DNA from: Candidatus Heimdallarchaeota archaeon
GTDB taxonomy: Archaea; Asgardarchaeota; Heimdallarchaeia; Hodarchaeales; Hodarchaeaceae
Assembly: GCA_048881705.1 (NCBI GenBank)
Contig: JBHLSH010000014.1
Location: forward strand, 1 to 55,563
Direction of reading: 5' to 3'
Length of the DNA stretch: 55,563 bases
The position numbers and the translations under genes are program-made. Positions 38,892 through 47,848 of this stretch are shown here, piece after piece (the stretch's first letter is position 1; every line of letters starts with the position of its first letter). Below the pieces are notes generated by a model, which had not been told where the DNA came from, ran no database searches, and saw only the letters and a list, made by a program, of their open reading frames with translations.

Positions 38892-39380
38892 ATGCAAACG
38901 TTTCTCCCTTACCCTGATTTCAGAACTTCCTTCCGAGTATTAGATTGGAGACGTCTCGGAAAACAACGGTCTGAGGCTTTAACCATCGTGAAGGCGATTG
39001 AAGGACACACTCGCAAAGATGGTCAACCATACAAAGGTTGGAAGAATCATCCATGTACAAAAATGTGGCTGGATTATGTTCCTGCCTTAAAACTATACCA
39101 TAATTTGTGTATTCTTGAATGGGAAAATCGCGGTTACAACAATAATATGGTTCTATTCGATCTCGATGAGGCCCAAGTTACTTATCCACATTGGCTGGGT
39201 TTTTCTCCATTTCATTCTTCTCATCGTGCCAACCTCCTAAGAAAGGATTATTCGCATTATTCCCAATTTGGTTGGAAAGAAAAACCGAGCGATACGTATT
39301 TGTGGCTTGATGAAAACGATAGATGGTACTCTTTACGTTTTGGATCCAATGAACGCATCTATTTAGATCACTTAACTTGA
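38892..39380 (+). CDS. Pyrimidine dimer DNA glycosylase-like (MSMEG_6728 family)
   Basis: MQTFLPYPDF...LDWRRLGKQRSE, WKNHPCTKMW and FHSSHRANLLRKD. Confidence 0.85.
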   Translation: MQTFLPYPDFRTSFRVLDWRRLGKQRSEALTIVKAIEGHTRKDGQPYKGWKNHPCTKMWLDYVPALKLYHNLCILEWENRGYNNNMVLFDLDEAQVTYPHWLGFSPFHSSHRANLLRKDYSHYSQFGWKEKPSDTYLWLDENDRWYSLRFGSNERIYLDHLT

Positions 39381-39697
39381 ATGAATTTTTCTGGAGGAAT
39401 CCAATATTCGAAATTAATGACGATAGCTGGTTACCGATTTTGGAACGGTTTTGCGCAATACTCAATCTTCTTATTAACCCAGGGGAATTTTTCGACAGTT
39501 CGGATCACGCTGGCATCCTTCTCACCCATCTACCTTGCTAGGTACTCGGTTTAGACGGGGAGTCATGATAACTGTCCTAGGACAATGATCTTAGCACTGG
39601 TTGATGAACCAATAGTCCATCATGGACCTTTAGTTCAACGTCATTTTAAGAATTTGGAGATTTTAGTTCTATTATCACTTAAACGGGTGATTATAGA

Positions 39698-40711
39698 ATG
39701 AATAAAAAAGCGAAAAACTGGATAATACTTCCAACATTGTTGGTTGGCTTTCTGCTGCTGATTCAACTAAATTTTGTTCATGTTTCTGCCGCAGAGCAGT
39801 CAAATGATCTAACACTGAGTTTTACAAATCTTGCGAACCCGGGTGTGGATCATTATGAGGGATGGGTGATTGTAGATGGCTCTCCAATAAGTACGGGCAA
39901 ATTCACCCTAAATAATGCAGGAGAAGTTGTGGATTTAGATTCTAATGCGATTGACAAATTTACTGTCGAATTTGATCCAGAACTGGCCACAGATTTTGTT
40001 TTGTCACTTGAGCCTTCGGGAGATACAGATTCCGTGCCTTCCGCAATTAAACCTCTGGCGGGAAAAATAACCAACAACCAGGCCACTCTCGCACATAATA
40101 TAGGTGTGGATCTATCCTCTATTAGTGGGGGTTATATTCTAGCATCTCCAACAGATCCAAGTGTTACCGATCTTTCAGGAATCTGGTTCCTAGATCCAAC
40201 ATCAGGAACACCCGTAGAAAGCCTTATCCTTCCTGATTTAAGCGAAACCGATTGGGTATATGAAGGCTGGGTAGTTCTTAATGGAACAGCGGTCACAACA
40301 GGCACTTTCGATAACGGTTCTATGGCTGATGCTTTTGATGGGTACAGTGGAACCGCAGGTGGGCCCCCTTTTCCCGGAGAGGATTTCATTAAAAACGCGC
40401 CTTCCGGTTTAACATTTCCTACTGATATCTCGGAATCTACGGTCGTTATATCCGTAGAACCACGAATGGATAATGATGCCGCACCATTCCAATTCAAGCC
40501 TTTGGTAGGCACTGTTCCGTCAAATGCTGTTGATCATACGTTTTACCAGCTTGATGATAAAACTAATACTCTTCCTACTGGTATGGCTTCAATATCCCCA
40601 AAAACCCAAGCTACAACCCCGTTTTTTACCTTAGGTAGTTTCTTAATAACATCAATCAGTATCGGTATTGGTTTCAAAGTGCTGAGAAAGTCTCAGGAAA
40701 AGAATAACTGA
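39698..40711 (+). CDS. Secreted, C-terminally anchored protein with duplicated RskA-C-like beta domains
   Basis: Signal peptide and C-terminal TM. Internal repeat YEGWVIVDGSPISTGKF / YEGWVVLNGTAVTTGTF and LSLEP / ISVEP. Confidence 0.72.
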   Translation: MNKKAKNWIILPTLLVGFLLLIQLNFVHVSAAEQSNDLTLSFTNLANPGVDHYEGWVIVDGSPISTGKFTLNNAGEVVDLDSNAIDKFTVEFDPELATDFVLSLEPSGDTDSVPSAIKPLAGKITNNQATLAHNIGVDLSSISGGYILASPTDPSVTDLSGIWFLDPTSGTPVESLILPDLSETDWVYEGWVVLNGTAVTTGTFDNGSMADAFDGYSGTAGGPPFPGEDFIKNAPSGLTFPTDISESTVVISVEPRMDNDAAPFQFKPLVGTVPSNAVDHTFYQLDDKTNTLPTGMASISPKTQATTPFFTLGSFLITSISIGIGFKVLRKSQEKNN

Positions 40712-40715
40712 GTTT

Positions 40716-40753
40716 GGAATTGGGGTCATCCAATTCCTACTCTCCCTTTTTTA
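40716..40753 (+). terminator. Terminator-like hairpin after the 337-aa gene
   Basis: Perfect 8-bp inverted repeat GGAATTGG-N6-CCAATTCC, 4 nt after the stop, with a T6 tract downstream. Confidence 0.55.
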
Positions 40754-40919
40754 TATCTATCCATTAAGCCTGTATTTATCTCAATGTAGACTAATCTACT
40801 TCATATTTATTATGAAAAATGTTTATCCAACGAGTTTTAGCGGAATATTAGTTCAGCATCTTATTAAATCTATTGAAGGTTTGGTCAATTAGCATAACTA
40901 AAAACGGATGCTGTAATCC

Positions 40920-41471
40920 TTGTTGATCTCAGTGGCTTTCAATGAAGTTAAAACTTTTTTCTGGGCTGCTATTGGTAGCTGGATCATCTTTTTCTTCTCT
41001 TCGTTACTTCTCACTGAGTCGCTAATGCGGATTATGCATCTTGAGATCTTGGCTGCGTTTTATCTAGTTATCGGCCTGGCTATCCTTTCACTCAATTATA
41101 TATTGTTCAAGAAAACCTTACTTAGGGCTCCAAGCGAAACCCTTCCCGTAGATCAGGAAATTCATACTGTTCATCATGTGATTCGGAGTTTGAATCGAAT
41201 TTTTTGGATCATTGTTGTTCTAGTGAGTATGGGACTATTGGTAAGTCTTTCCACCTTTCTAGTGATTTCGATGCATTATTTCACCAACCAGAGTCTCGAT
41301 ACGGTTGTTGGATTTCTTCCTCTACTATTTATCATCTATCTCATATTCATAATTCCTTCCTTCTTAGGAATTAATGAAATCAATAGCCTTAATGCTTTCT
41401 TTCAACGGTATAATCAACTAAAGACCGAACTGGGACAATCTCTCGCGTCGAATCTTGAAGGTACGGATTAA
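40920..41471 (+). CDS. Hypothetical 4-TM membrane protein
   Basis: Four hydrophobic segments; TTG start. Confidence 0.6.
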   Translation: MLISVAFNEVKTFFWAAIGSWIIFFFSSLLLTESLMRIMHLEILAAFYLVIGLAILSLNYILFKKTLLRAPSETLPVDQEIHTVHHVIRSLNRIFWIIVVLVSMGLLVSLSTFLVISMHYFTNQSLDTVVGFLPLLFIIYLIFIIPSFLGINEINSLNAFFQRYNQLKTELGQSLASNLEGTD

Positions 41472-41474
41472 TCC

Positions 41475-41810
41475 TCATCTCTTACCTAGCTGAAAAAATA
41501 TTTCACGAATTCGTTCTTGATAAATGCCCAATATATCCCTTCCTTTCTTAGTTAAAGAGAATAGATCTCCAAACCGCTCATCATTACTATTGCTAAATGC
41601 CGTTGCAATCCATTCTATCTGAACCATGCTCTCTAACACCTGTTTTGCCTTAATATGTTTTATCCCAACTTTTCTTAGGATCAAAGTTATTGGTAACGGG
41701 GCCGAAGAAAGAGAAAGAACCTCAAGGATTTCCATACAGATTTGAAACTCGTCTCTTCGTGGCCGCACCAAATTCTTTTCTGTCTCCGCCAGTATGGCTG
41801 TTTTTATCAA
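41475..41810 (-). CDS. Archaeal winged helix-turn-helix protein (HTH_45-like)
   Basis: RRDEFQICMEILEVL and FSLTKKGRDIL wing motif. Confidence 0.75.
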   Translation of the reverse strand: MIKTAILAETEKNLVRPRRDEFQICMEILEVLSLSSAPLPITLILRKVGIKHIKAKQVLESMVQIEWIATAFSNSNDERFGDLFSLTKKGRDILGIYQERIREIFFQLGKR

Positions 41811-42312
41811 GGCTTCTTGGTTAATCTGTCCAATGCGGTACTACTAAATTACTTGATGTTTGCGAGCTCTTTGTTTATTCTTTGCCTGGATTGGAGCGAG
41901 ACGGTTTTCCGATCCAAAATATATGTTGCTCGCCTGTTCTCATATTCCACTGAGATTAGGAACCCTGAAACCAGTACAAGCTTCAATCTTAGATGGATCT
42001 CATCTTTCTATTATACTGGTTTTAGATGAAACTATTTTCATGCGTTCAGAGCATACCTAATCAACAAAGCAGGGGAACTAATCATGAACAGACGAGTGAT
42101 AGTCTGGGGTGTAATCATAGATACGACAGAGTAACCTTTTTCAAATCCTTCTGCTAAAACTACTGGGAATTTTGTTGTTTTACTTAAAATATGGCTCTTT
42201 AATATGACTATTGTAAAATTTGGGGCAGAACATTAGCAATATATGAAGAAAAAACCATGAGAATGTTTTTGATATAAAAACACGCAAATTTATTGAATCT
42301 TGAGTGATTTCA

Positions 42313-44988
42313 TTATGCATCCAATATTACTACTTGTCCTGTTGTTCCATTAACACGCAACCGCTGCCCCGTTTGAATTATCGTGGTGGCTTTCACCACA
42401 CTTACCACTGCAGGGATATTATGTTCACGAGCCACAACCGCGCCATGTACCATCATTCCACCGACTTCCATCACTAATCCTCTAGCTACCAGAAAAAGTG
42501 GAGTCCAAGAAGGATCAGTAGCGGGACAGACAAGTATTTCATTTGTTTCTAGTTTAGATTTATGAGGATCTAATACAATACGAGCTACACCTTCCACCAC
42601 TCCTGGAGACACAGGTGAACCATACAAAACATTTGTGCCTTCCACAATTTGATCTCCTCCATCGTAATATGTTCTGCCATCACTGAGGATCACACGGGGA
42701 AGAATTTTACGTTGTTTTTCTCTTTCATAAACCTCACGACGGGTTCGTACCAAGGTCTTCCAATCGTTCTCTATTCCATTGGCCAATTTCTCTAATTCAC
42801 GAAAGTGCAAAAAAAAGATATCTGTAGGCTTCTCAAAGGTTCCTGCCTCCACTAATTCCTTCCCCGAGACTAACAACATCTTCCGAATTATCCCGAATAT
42901 ACGTACAATTGAGAACTTGGGATATTCCCGAAGCCCAGCTAATTCTCTTAAACGCCCGACTCCAATCCTTAATCCTTTTGCCTTGATCTTCCCTCCTTTT
43001 GTCTCTTTCGCGTGAGAAAACAGTTGATTATATGCTTTCTTGGCTGCATTTTTTCCTTGGTCGAACTGTGCCGCAGGCATTTGATCATAAGGGAGCGTGA
43101 TATAATTCTTCAAGGTCTTAATGATCGGAATAGGGTTGTCTTGCCACCGAGGAACTCCTATATCTATCTCACCATAACCCCGCATTCCATATTCTTCTAA
43201 GAATGCGGTTAAAGCTTTCTGAGCTGTCTGGGGTAATTGATTTTGATGAAATTGCGCTGCAAGTTCTTCTTCTGATGAATTCAAGAAAGCCTTTATTGAC
43301 TGCTTATCTGCTTTTAGCTTTTCAGCCGTGTTGCCTAACTCGAGATTCATCTTCGTTGTAGGATTATTGGGCAAACTTCTAGTTAATTCAAAACCCAAAC
43401 TTCCATCATCTAGCATACTGGATGCTAGATGTCGTGCTATAAAGATCGGGCCGTATCCTATTGGTATCGCAGGAAGAATCGTGAGCAAAACAATATTGGC
43501 AGTTAGATCTGCGATTTTCTTGTAATAGGCCACCCTTTCCTGCAAGGATGGTAATCTAACACTCTGCAATTCTATGGCCCTTAACGCGGCTTCCACAAAA
43601 CCCTGTTTTTCTATTCGCGTTCTTCTTGGTTTAAATGCAAAGGAGCTCACCGAGCTCAAAAGATACAGGGCCATCCGAAAACCCCTACGAAAAGCGGTGA
43701 AATGGGGTCGTTTTCGGAGAGACAACCAAGGATCATGAGTTATCTGTTCAAAAATCTGCTGAGTAGGACGATCTAAGGCAAACAAAACTTTTAGCAGCGC
43801 TCTATTCATTACTCTGTTACGTAAAGGAAATGCCATATCTATCCATAATCGTTCTCCAGCGCTCCAAATGACCTTTTGATTGTCAAATGACGGTTTGTAT
43901 CCAAAACCCTTTGGGATACCCAGTAAAAAGAATATTAGATTATCCTGTCCCAGAGGTGTAATGGGATCCAGGAGTCCTTGTACGGTTGCTAGTGATAGGC
44001 ACACCCGTTTTGATTTTGATAAGAATTCACTGGGCAGCGGATAGAGCGAGGTTATGGGCCTTGATTGAAGAACAAACAACTCGTCTTTGACAAATGCCCA
44101 CTCGATATCCTGTGGACTCTCATAATAATCTGTTATCTTCATTCCCAGTTTTACTAATTCCGATACGTTTTCCTTGGACAATGTTTCCGTATTATGTGAC
44201 TTCTCTTTGGTTTTTACTGTTCCTCCACCCTGTTGGCATGTTATGACAATCGATTTCGATCCGAGTGTTTTATGACGAATTCTCCCAGATGGCACATCAA
44301 TTATATAGTGGTCTGGTTCAATTTGACCCGAAACTAGGGCCTCACCGAGACCAAAAGTGGAATCAATCACATATTCTGCTCGTTTCCCCGTGAGTGGATT
44401 AGCAGTAAACATAACCCCAGCAATATCACTGGGAATCATCTCTTGCACGATTACAGCCAGTGCCAATCCCTTATGGTCAATATTATTGCGTTCACGGTAA
44501 TGGAGCGCTCTTGATGTCCACAGGCTACTCAAACATTTAACAATTGCCGATTTAAGGGACTCTTTATCAATGACGTTTAGAATTGTATCATGCTGACCTG
44601 CGAATGAAAGATCCGCTAGATCTTCTGCAGTAGCTGATGATCTAACCGAAACAGGGGGACATCCCATCTTATCATATGCAGAATATACTGAATCAAGAAT
44701 CTGTGAATCGAGTATGCCCTCGTGAAATCGACTCCGAATCGTAATTGAAAGTTCTTCTAATGAACTGAAATCATCCATAGGAGCATCTTTCAAGCATTTG
44801 TCAATGAATTCCTCCAGGTTATTGTCTTTGGCATATTTCTCATAAACAGATGTTGAGATAATGAACCCCCGTGGAACGTTGAAATTCGATCTTGCAAGTA
44901 AAGCGAGGTTTAAACCTTTTCCCCCTGCCAATACCAATGTGACGTTTTTATCATAAAAATTTAAGATAAAATTGCTGTTCCTTGTCAT
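42313..44988 (-). CDS. PEP-synthase-related phosphotransferase with rifampicin phosphotransferase (RPH)-like domain order
   Basis: N-terminal ATP-grasp (GGKGLNL, RSSATAED...SFAGQHDT, DIEWA, LQSRPIT), a large middle domain, and a C-terminal His-swivel GGMMVHGAVVARE. Confidence 0.82.
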   Translation of the reverse strand: MTRNSNFILNFYDKNVTLVLAGGKGLNLALLARSNFNVPRGFIISTSVYEKYAKDNNLEEFIDKCLKDAPMDDFSSLEELSITIRSRFHEGILDSQILDSVYSAYDKMGCPPVSVRSSATAEDLADLSFAGQHDTILNVIDKESLKSAIVKCLSSLWTSRALHYRERNNIDHKGLALAVIVQEMIPSDIAGVMFTANPLTGKRAEYVIDSTFGLGEALVSGQIEPDHYIIDVPSGRIRHKTLGSKSIVITCQQGGGTVKTKEKSHNTETLSKENVSELVKLGMKITDYYESPQDIEWAFVKDELFVLQSRPITSLYPLPSEFLSKSKRVCLSLATVQGLLDPITPLGQDNLIFFLLGIPKGFGYKPSFDNQKVIWSAGERLWIDMAFPLRNRVMNRALLKVLFALDRPTQQIFEQITHDPWLSLRKRPHFTAFRRGFRMALYLLSSVSSFAFKPRRTRIEKQGFVEAALRAIELQSVRLPSLQERVAYYKKIADLTANIVLLTILPAIPIGYGPIFIARHLASSMLDDGSLGFELTRSLPNNPTTKMNLELGNTAEKLKADKQSIKAFLNSSEEELAAQFHQNQLPQTAQKALTAFLEEYGMRGYGEIDIGVPRWQDNPIPIIKTLKNYITLPYDQMPAAQFDQGKNAAKKAYNQLFSHAKETKGGKIKAKGLRIGVGRLRELAGLREYPKFSIVRIFGIIRKMLLVSGKELVEAGTFEKPTDIFFLHFRELEKLANGIENDWKTLVRTRREVYEREKQRKILPRVILSDGRTYYDGGDQIVEGTNVLYGSPVSPGVVEGVARIVLDPHKSKLETNEILVCPATDPSWTPLFLVARGLVMEVGGMMVHGAVVAREHNIPAVVSVVKATTIIQTGQRLRVNGTTGQVVILDA

Positions 44989-45503
44989 TGCCTTATTGTT
45001 TCCGTTATTTGAAATTGATTTTTCTTTTTGTCGCCATCAAAGCCATTTCATTACCCGAGAAAGTACAAAATTCAGTCCAGAGCTGCTAAAAAGCCCCCGA
45101 ATTAAGCTATATTGGATTAAACATCTTAAAGCAATTAGACCATGTGGTAGTTTTTTTACCGAAGGGCGAATGAGGCTGCACTGGGGGAATTTGAAGCCAC
45201 ATGTGCTGATCTAAACCACAATAATTGTCTATCCATCAGTCTTCCAACACCCCTTGACTTAAACCTCCCTCATTTCTCTGTACAGACGAACTTTTTGGAT
45301 CTGTTTCTTCATCATAAACAAAGAATTACATTATCCCTCTAATAAGCCATTCTTTGAACATCAAGAGAGTAAAAACTTATCCCTTTCTCCGTTGTGATTT
45401 AATAGCAAGGGAGACCCATCCAAGTTACTGGATTTAGAGGTTTTGGATAACTCCCACTCCAGCACTGGGTTTTAAAACAAGGAAAAAAGGATGTTGTGGA
45501 TTT

Positions 45504-45974
45504 CTACTGGTTTTCTGTTGATATCTGTTGGTAAAAGCGATAGACAACCACCAAACTTACTATTGTCCCTGCAAAACTAATGAAAAATCCTAAAAGCCAT
45601 AGATTAAGGAGCATCGTGAATACTGCGAGAATTAGGACATTGCTTAGAAAAAATAGTAAGAAGAAAACATTAGGAACTAACCTATTCCCCACGAAATAAT
45701 GCTTCATTACCACCCTCAAAGGAATACTTTTCATTCTCTCATATTTTTCAACTAACTTGTATTTGTTCCCTTCAACTTGCTCAATGGCCTCATTTTCCAG
45801 TAATTTCTGGAGATGCCAATGAGTACTCCCCACGCTATTGATATTGAGATTTCTTTGAATCTCACGGACTCCTAAAGGCCTATTTTCCGTCTTCAAGTGT
45901 AAAAAAATGGAGGTGATGAGTCTATTGCTCAGAAAATCCTCCATCTTTTTTTCATCCTTAATCAATCGGTCCAT
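45504..45974 (-). CDS. wHTH transcriptional regulator with C-terminal TM helices
   Basis: LGVREIQRNLNINSVGSTHWHLQKL HTH followed by two hydrophobic helices. Confidence 0.72.
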   Translation of the reverse strand: MDRLIKDEKKMEDFLSNRLITSIFLHLKTENRPLGVREIQRNLNINSVGSTHWHLQKLLENEAIEQVEGNKYKLVEKYERMKSIPLRVVMKHYFVGNRLVPNVFFLLFFLSNVLILAVFTMLLNLWLLGFFISFAGTIVSLVVVYRFYQQISTENQ

Positions 45975-46009
45975 TATTGGTCACCTCGATAAAAAAAGAG
46001 AACCTTCCC

Positions 46010-46543
46010 CTAGAATATACCCAAAAAACGGGTTTTCAGGGGATTGTCTCTCGCTGGGGAAGTCGTATCTTCTGATGCGAACGCTAAGGCTCGTGTTTCA
46101 AGGCCAACCATGTAAGAGTTCGCGAGAAAACGGGTCATAGAAAAAGTTACCTCAAGTCGGTTGCCATCACTAGTAACTTTCGATTGATAGTTTGTTTCTA
46201 TGCCCATTGACACTTCATTGTTATAGATATGAGCTGTATCATCATTTGGGAATTTTGCGACAATAAACAGCTGGTATGTTGCGCTGAGATTGATTTGAGT
46301 GGCCACCTCCAGGTACAAAACGACCGTTAGGCCTTGTCTGTATGACCCGTATTCAACAATATCTATGTAATCAATATCTACATCTCCCGTAGCATCCGTC
46401 AAGTCAAATTCGAACTGATGTTGCGGGATAAAGATTGCACTAGGATCAATCAGAAATGCAGATCCAAGAGAAGCCGCTACTACAATCATAGTAACTGCAA
46501 CAGACTTTACAAACGAATTCATCAATACATTCACTTTGTACAC
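46010..46543 (-). CDS. Hypothetical exported protein
   Basis: N-terminal hydrophobic anchor followed by a beta-rich domain (DATGDV...DIVEYG). Confidence 0.65.
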   Translation of the reverse strand: MYKVNVLMNSFVKSVAVTMIVVAASLGSAFLIDPSAIFIPQHQFEFDLTDATGDVDIDYIDIVEYGSYRQGLTVVLYLEVATQINLSATYQLFIVAKFPNDDTAHIYNNEVSMGIETNYQSKVTSDGNRLEVTFSMTRFLANSYMVGLETRALAFASEDTTSPARDNPLKTRFLGIF

Positions 46544-46706
46544 CTTTTAAATCCATATAGGATTGTGGTAAACATCAAAATTATAACCCTTATTAATCTA
46601 CACTCTGAACAAAATCGTACAGACCCTGAACAGTTTTTTCCACAATTGTTCAGGCTCTAAACACCGTTTCAAAATCATTACAAGATCACTTGCTAGTTGA
46701 GATCTA

Positions 46707-47198
46707 TTACGTTTTTTTCTCTATAAAGTCAGGATTCCAGGTCCAGACTAAGATCGTTATGATGAGGATAAATCCTTGAGAAATTGTACAATTAAAACAT
46801 ATTGACTCGATGATAAATAATTCTATGAGAAATAGGTACGCAATACCAATACACATCACCCCGTATTGAAGCACCAAAAGGACGTACCATCTTTTTAGCC
46901 TTTCAGCACTCATGATGACCTTTACTGGCCCAAACGTTATCCCGTAATCACTTGGTAAGATGCTTAGGGCAAGAGTCTGGGCTAAAACTCCTCCAAGACT
47001 AATTAATCCATAAAAGGAGATTGGGACTCCGAAAATGGTTCCATATTGTCGAAAAGCGCTGATAACTTCAGGCATCGTAGCTCCACACCCACACGCGCCT
47101 AGCTGGTATTCAATCGTCTGATACAGGAGGAGACTTATAGAAACTAGAGAAAGAAATAGTATTAGATCGAAGCGGTTTCTTCCCATATTAAGCTGCAT
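46707..47198 (-). CDS. Vitamin K epoxide reductase (VKOR)-like membrane protein
   Basis: Loop cysteines ACGCG, YGTIFGVPISFYG and C-terminal redox motif CFNC. Confidence 0.75.
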   Translation of the reverse strand: MQLNMGRNRFDLILFLSLVSISLLLYQTIEYQLGACGCGATMPEVISAFRQYGTIFGVPISFYGLISLGGVLAQTLALSILPSDYGITFGPVKVIMSAERLKRWYVLLVLQYGVMCIGIAYLFLIELFIIESICFNCTISQGFILIITILVWTWNPDFIEKKT

Positions 47199-47624
47199 GT
47201 TTCTCTCTCCTCATGAATCCTCGGTACCCCCCGAGGTACCTAGGGTGAATTCTCTGTCTGATTTTCCCCTCAAATACTCTATATAGGAATATTTCCGTTT
47301 ATCTTGTGTGTAATTAAATCTAGTATCCCACCAGCCAAATATGGGTTGAGATTTCATGACCATACCCCATTTGCCAGATCGAAAGCAGTTTTTTTTTCAT
47401 TATATATAAATCCACGATCTAAATAATGGGACAGACACCAAATATCAATATAGAGAAATAATAGATTAAGCTGATACATTGATCTTCTTTTTCACATAAC
47501 GCGGCCCACGCCAGCTGTTAATCAAAAAAATGTGGCTTATTCTGCGATTCCTTCTCCAAACAGGATTTATCAACATAAACCGATGATAAAACCAATATAA
47601 AATCTCTGTGGGTTGTTATATCAA

Positions 47625-47737
47625 GTGGGGGTGGAAGGGTGACCTCAAAGCAATGCTCTGAAAGTAGGTTCCCCGTCCACTCCTGTGGTGGTGGCGTTTC
47701 CTGCACGAAGTGAGAACCAGGGTTTAAACCTGTCACT
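47625..47737 (-). ncRNA. Candidate small structured transcript A; a short ORF is also possible
   Basis: Begins about 20 nt after TTATAT in repeat copy A. The long hairpin at 47631-47680 has a G-U pair on the minus strand where the plus strand has an A-C mismatch. Confidence 0.3.
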
Positions 47738-47788
47738 GTTTCCTAGAATACCCTCCATATAAGCTCCGATGCCCCATTTTTTGGTTAA
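47729..47788 (-). repeat. ~60-bp operator/TATA module, copy A
   Basis: Minus strand TTAACCAAAAAATGGGG-catcg-GAGCTTATAT-N19-AGTGACAGG. Matches 49555-49615. Confidence 0.85.
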
Positions 47789-47848
47789 TAGCAGTAATCT
47801 TTGGGCATGATATCAGGTGCTATTGGGGATACCATAAGGGAATAGGGA

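Noticed and set aside
47518-47736. 72-aa ORF starting at the GTG of repeat copy A as a confident protein
   Set aside because: No recognisable motifs, and the same GTG in copy B stops after five codons, so conservation looks nucleotide-level. Kept only as an alternative reading.
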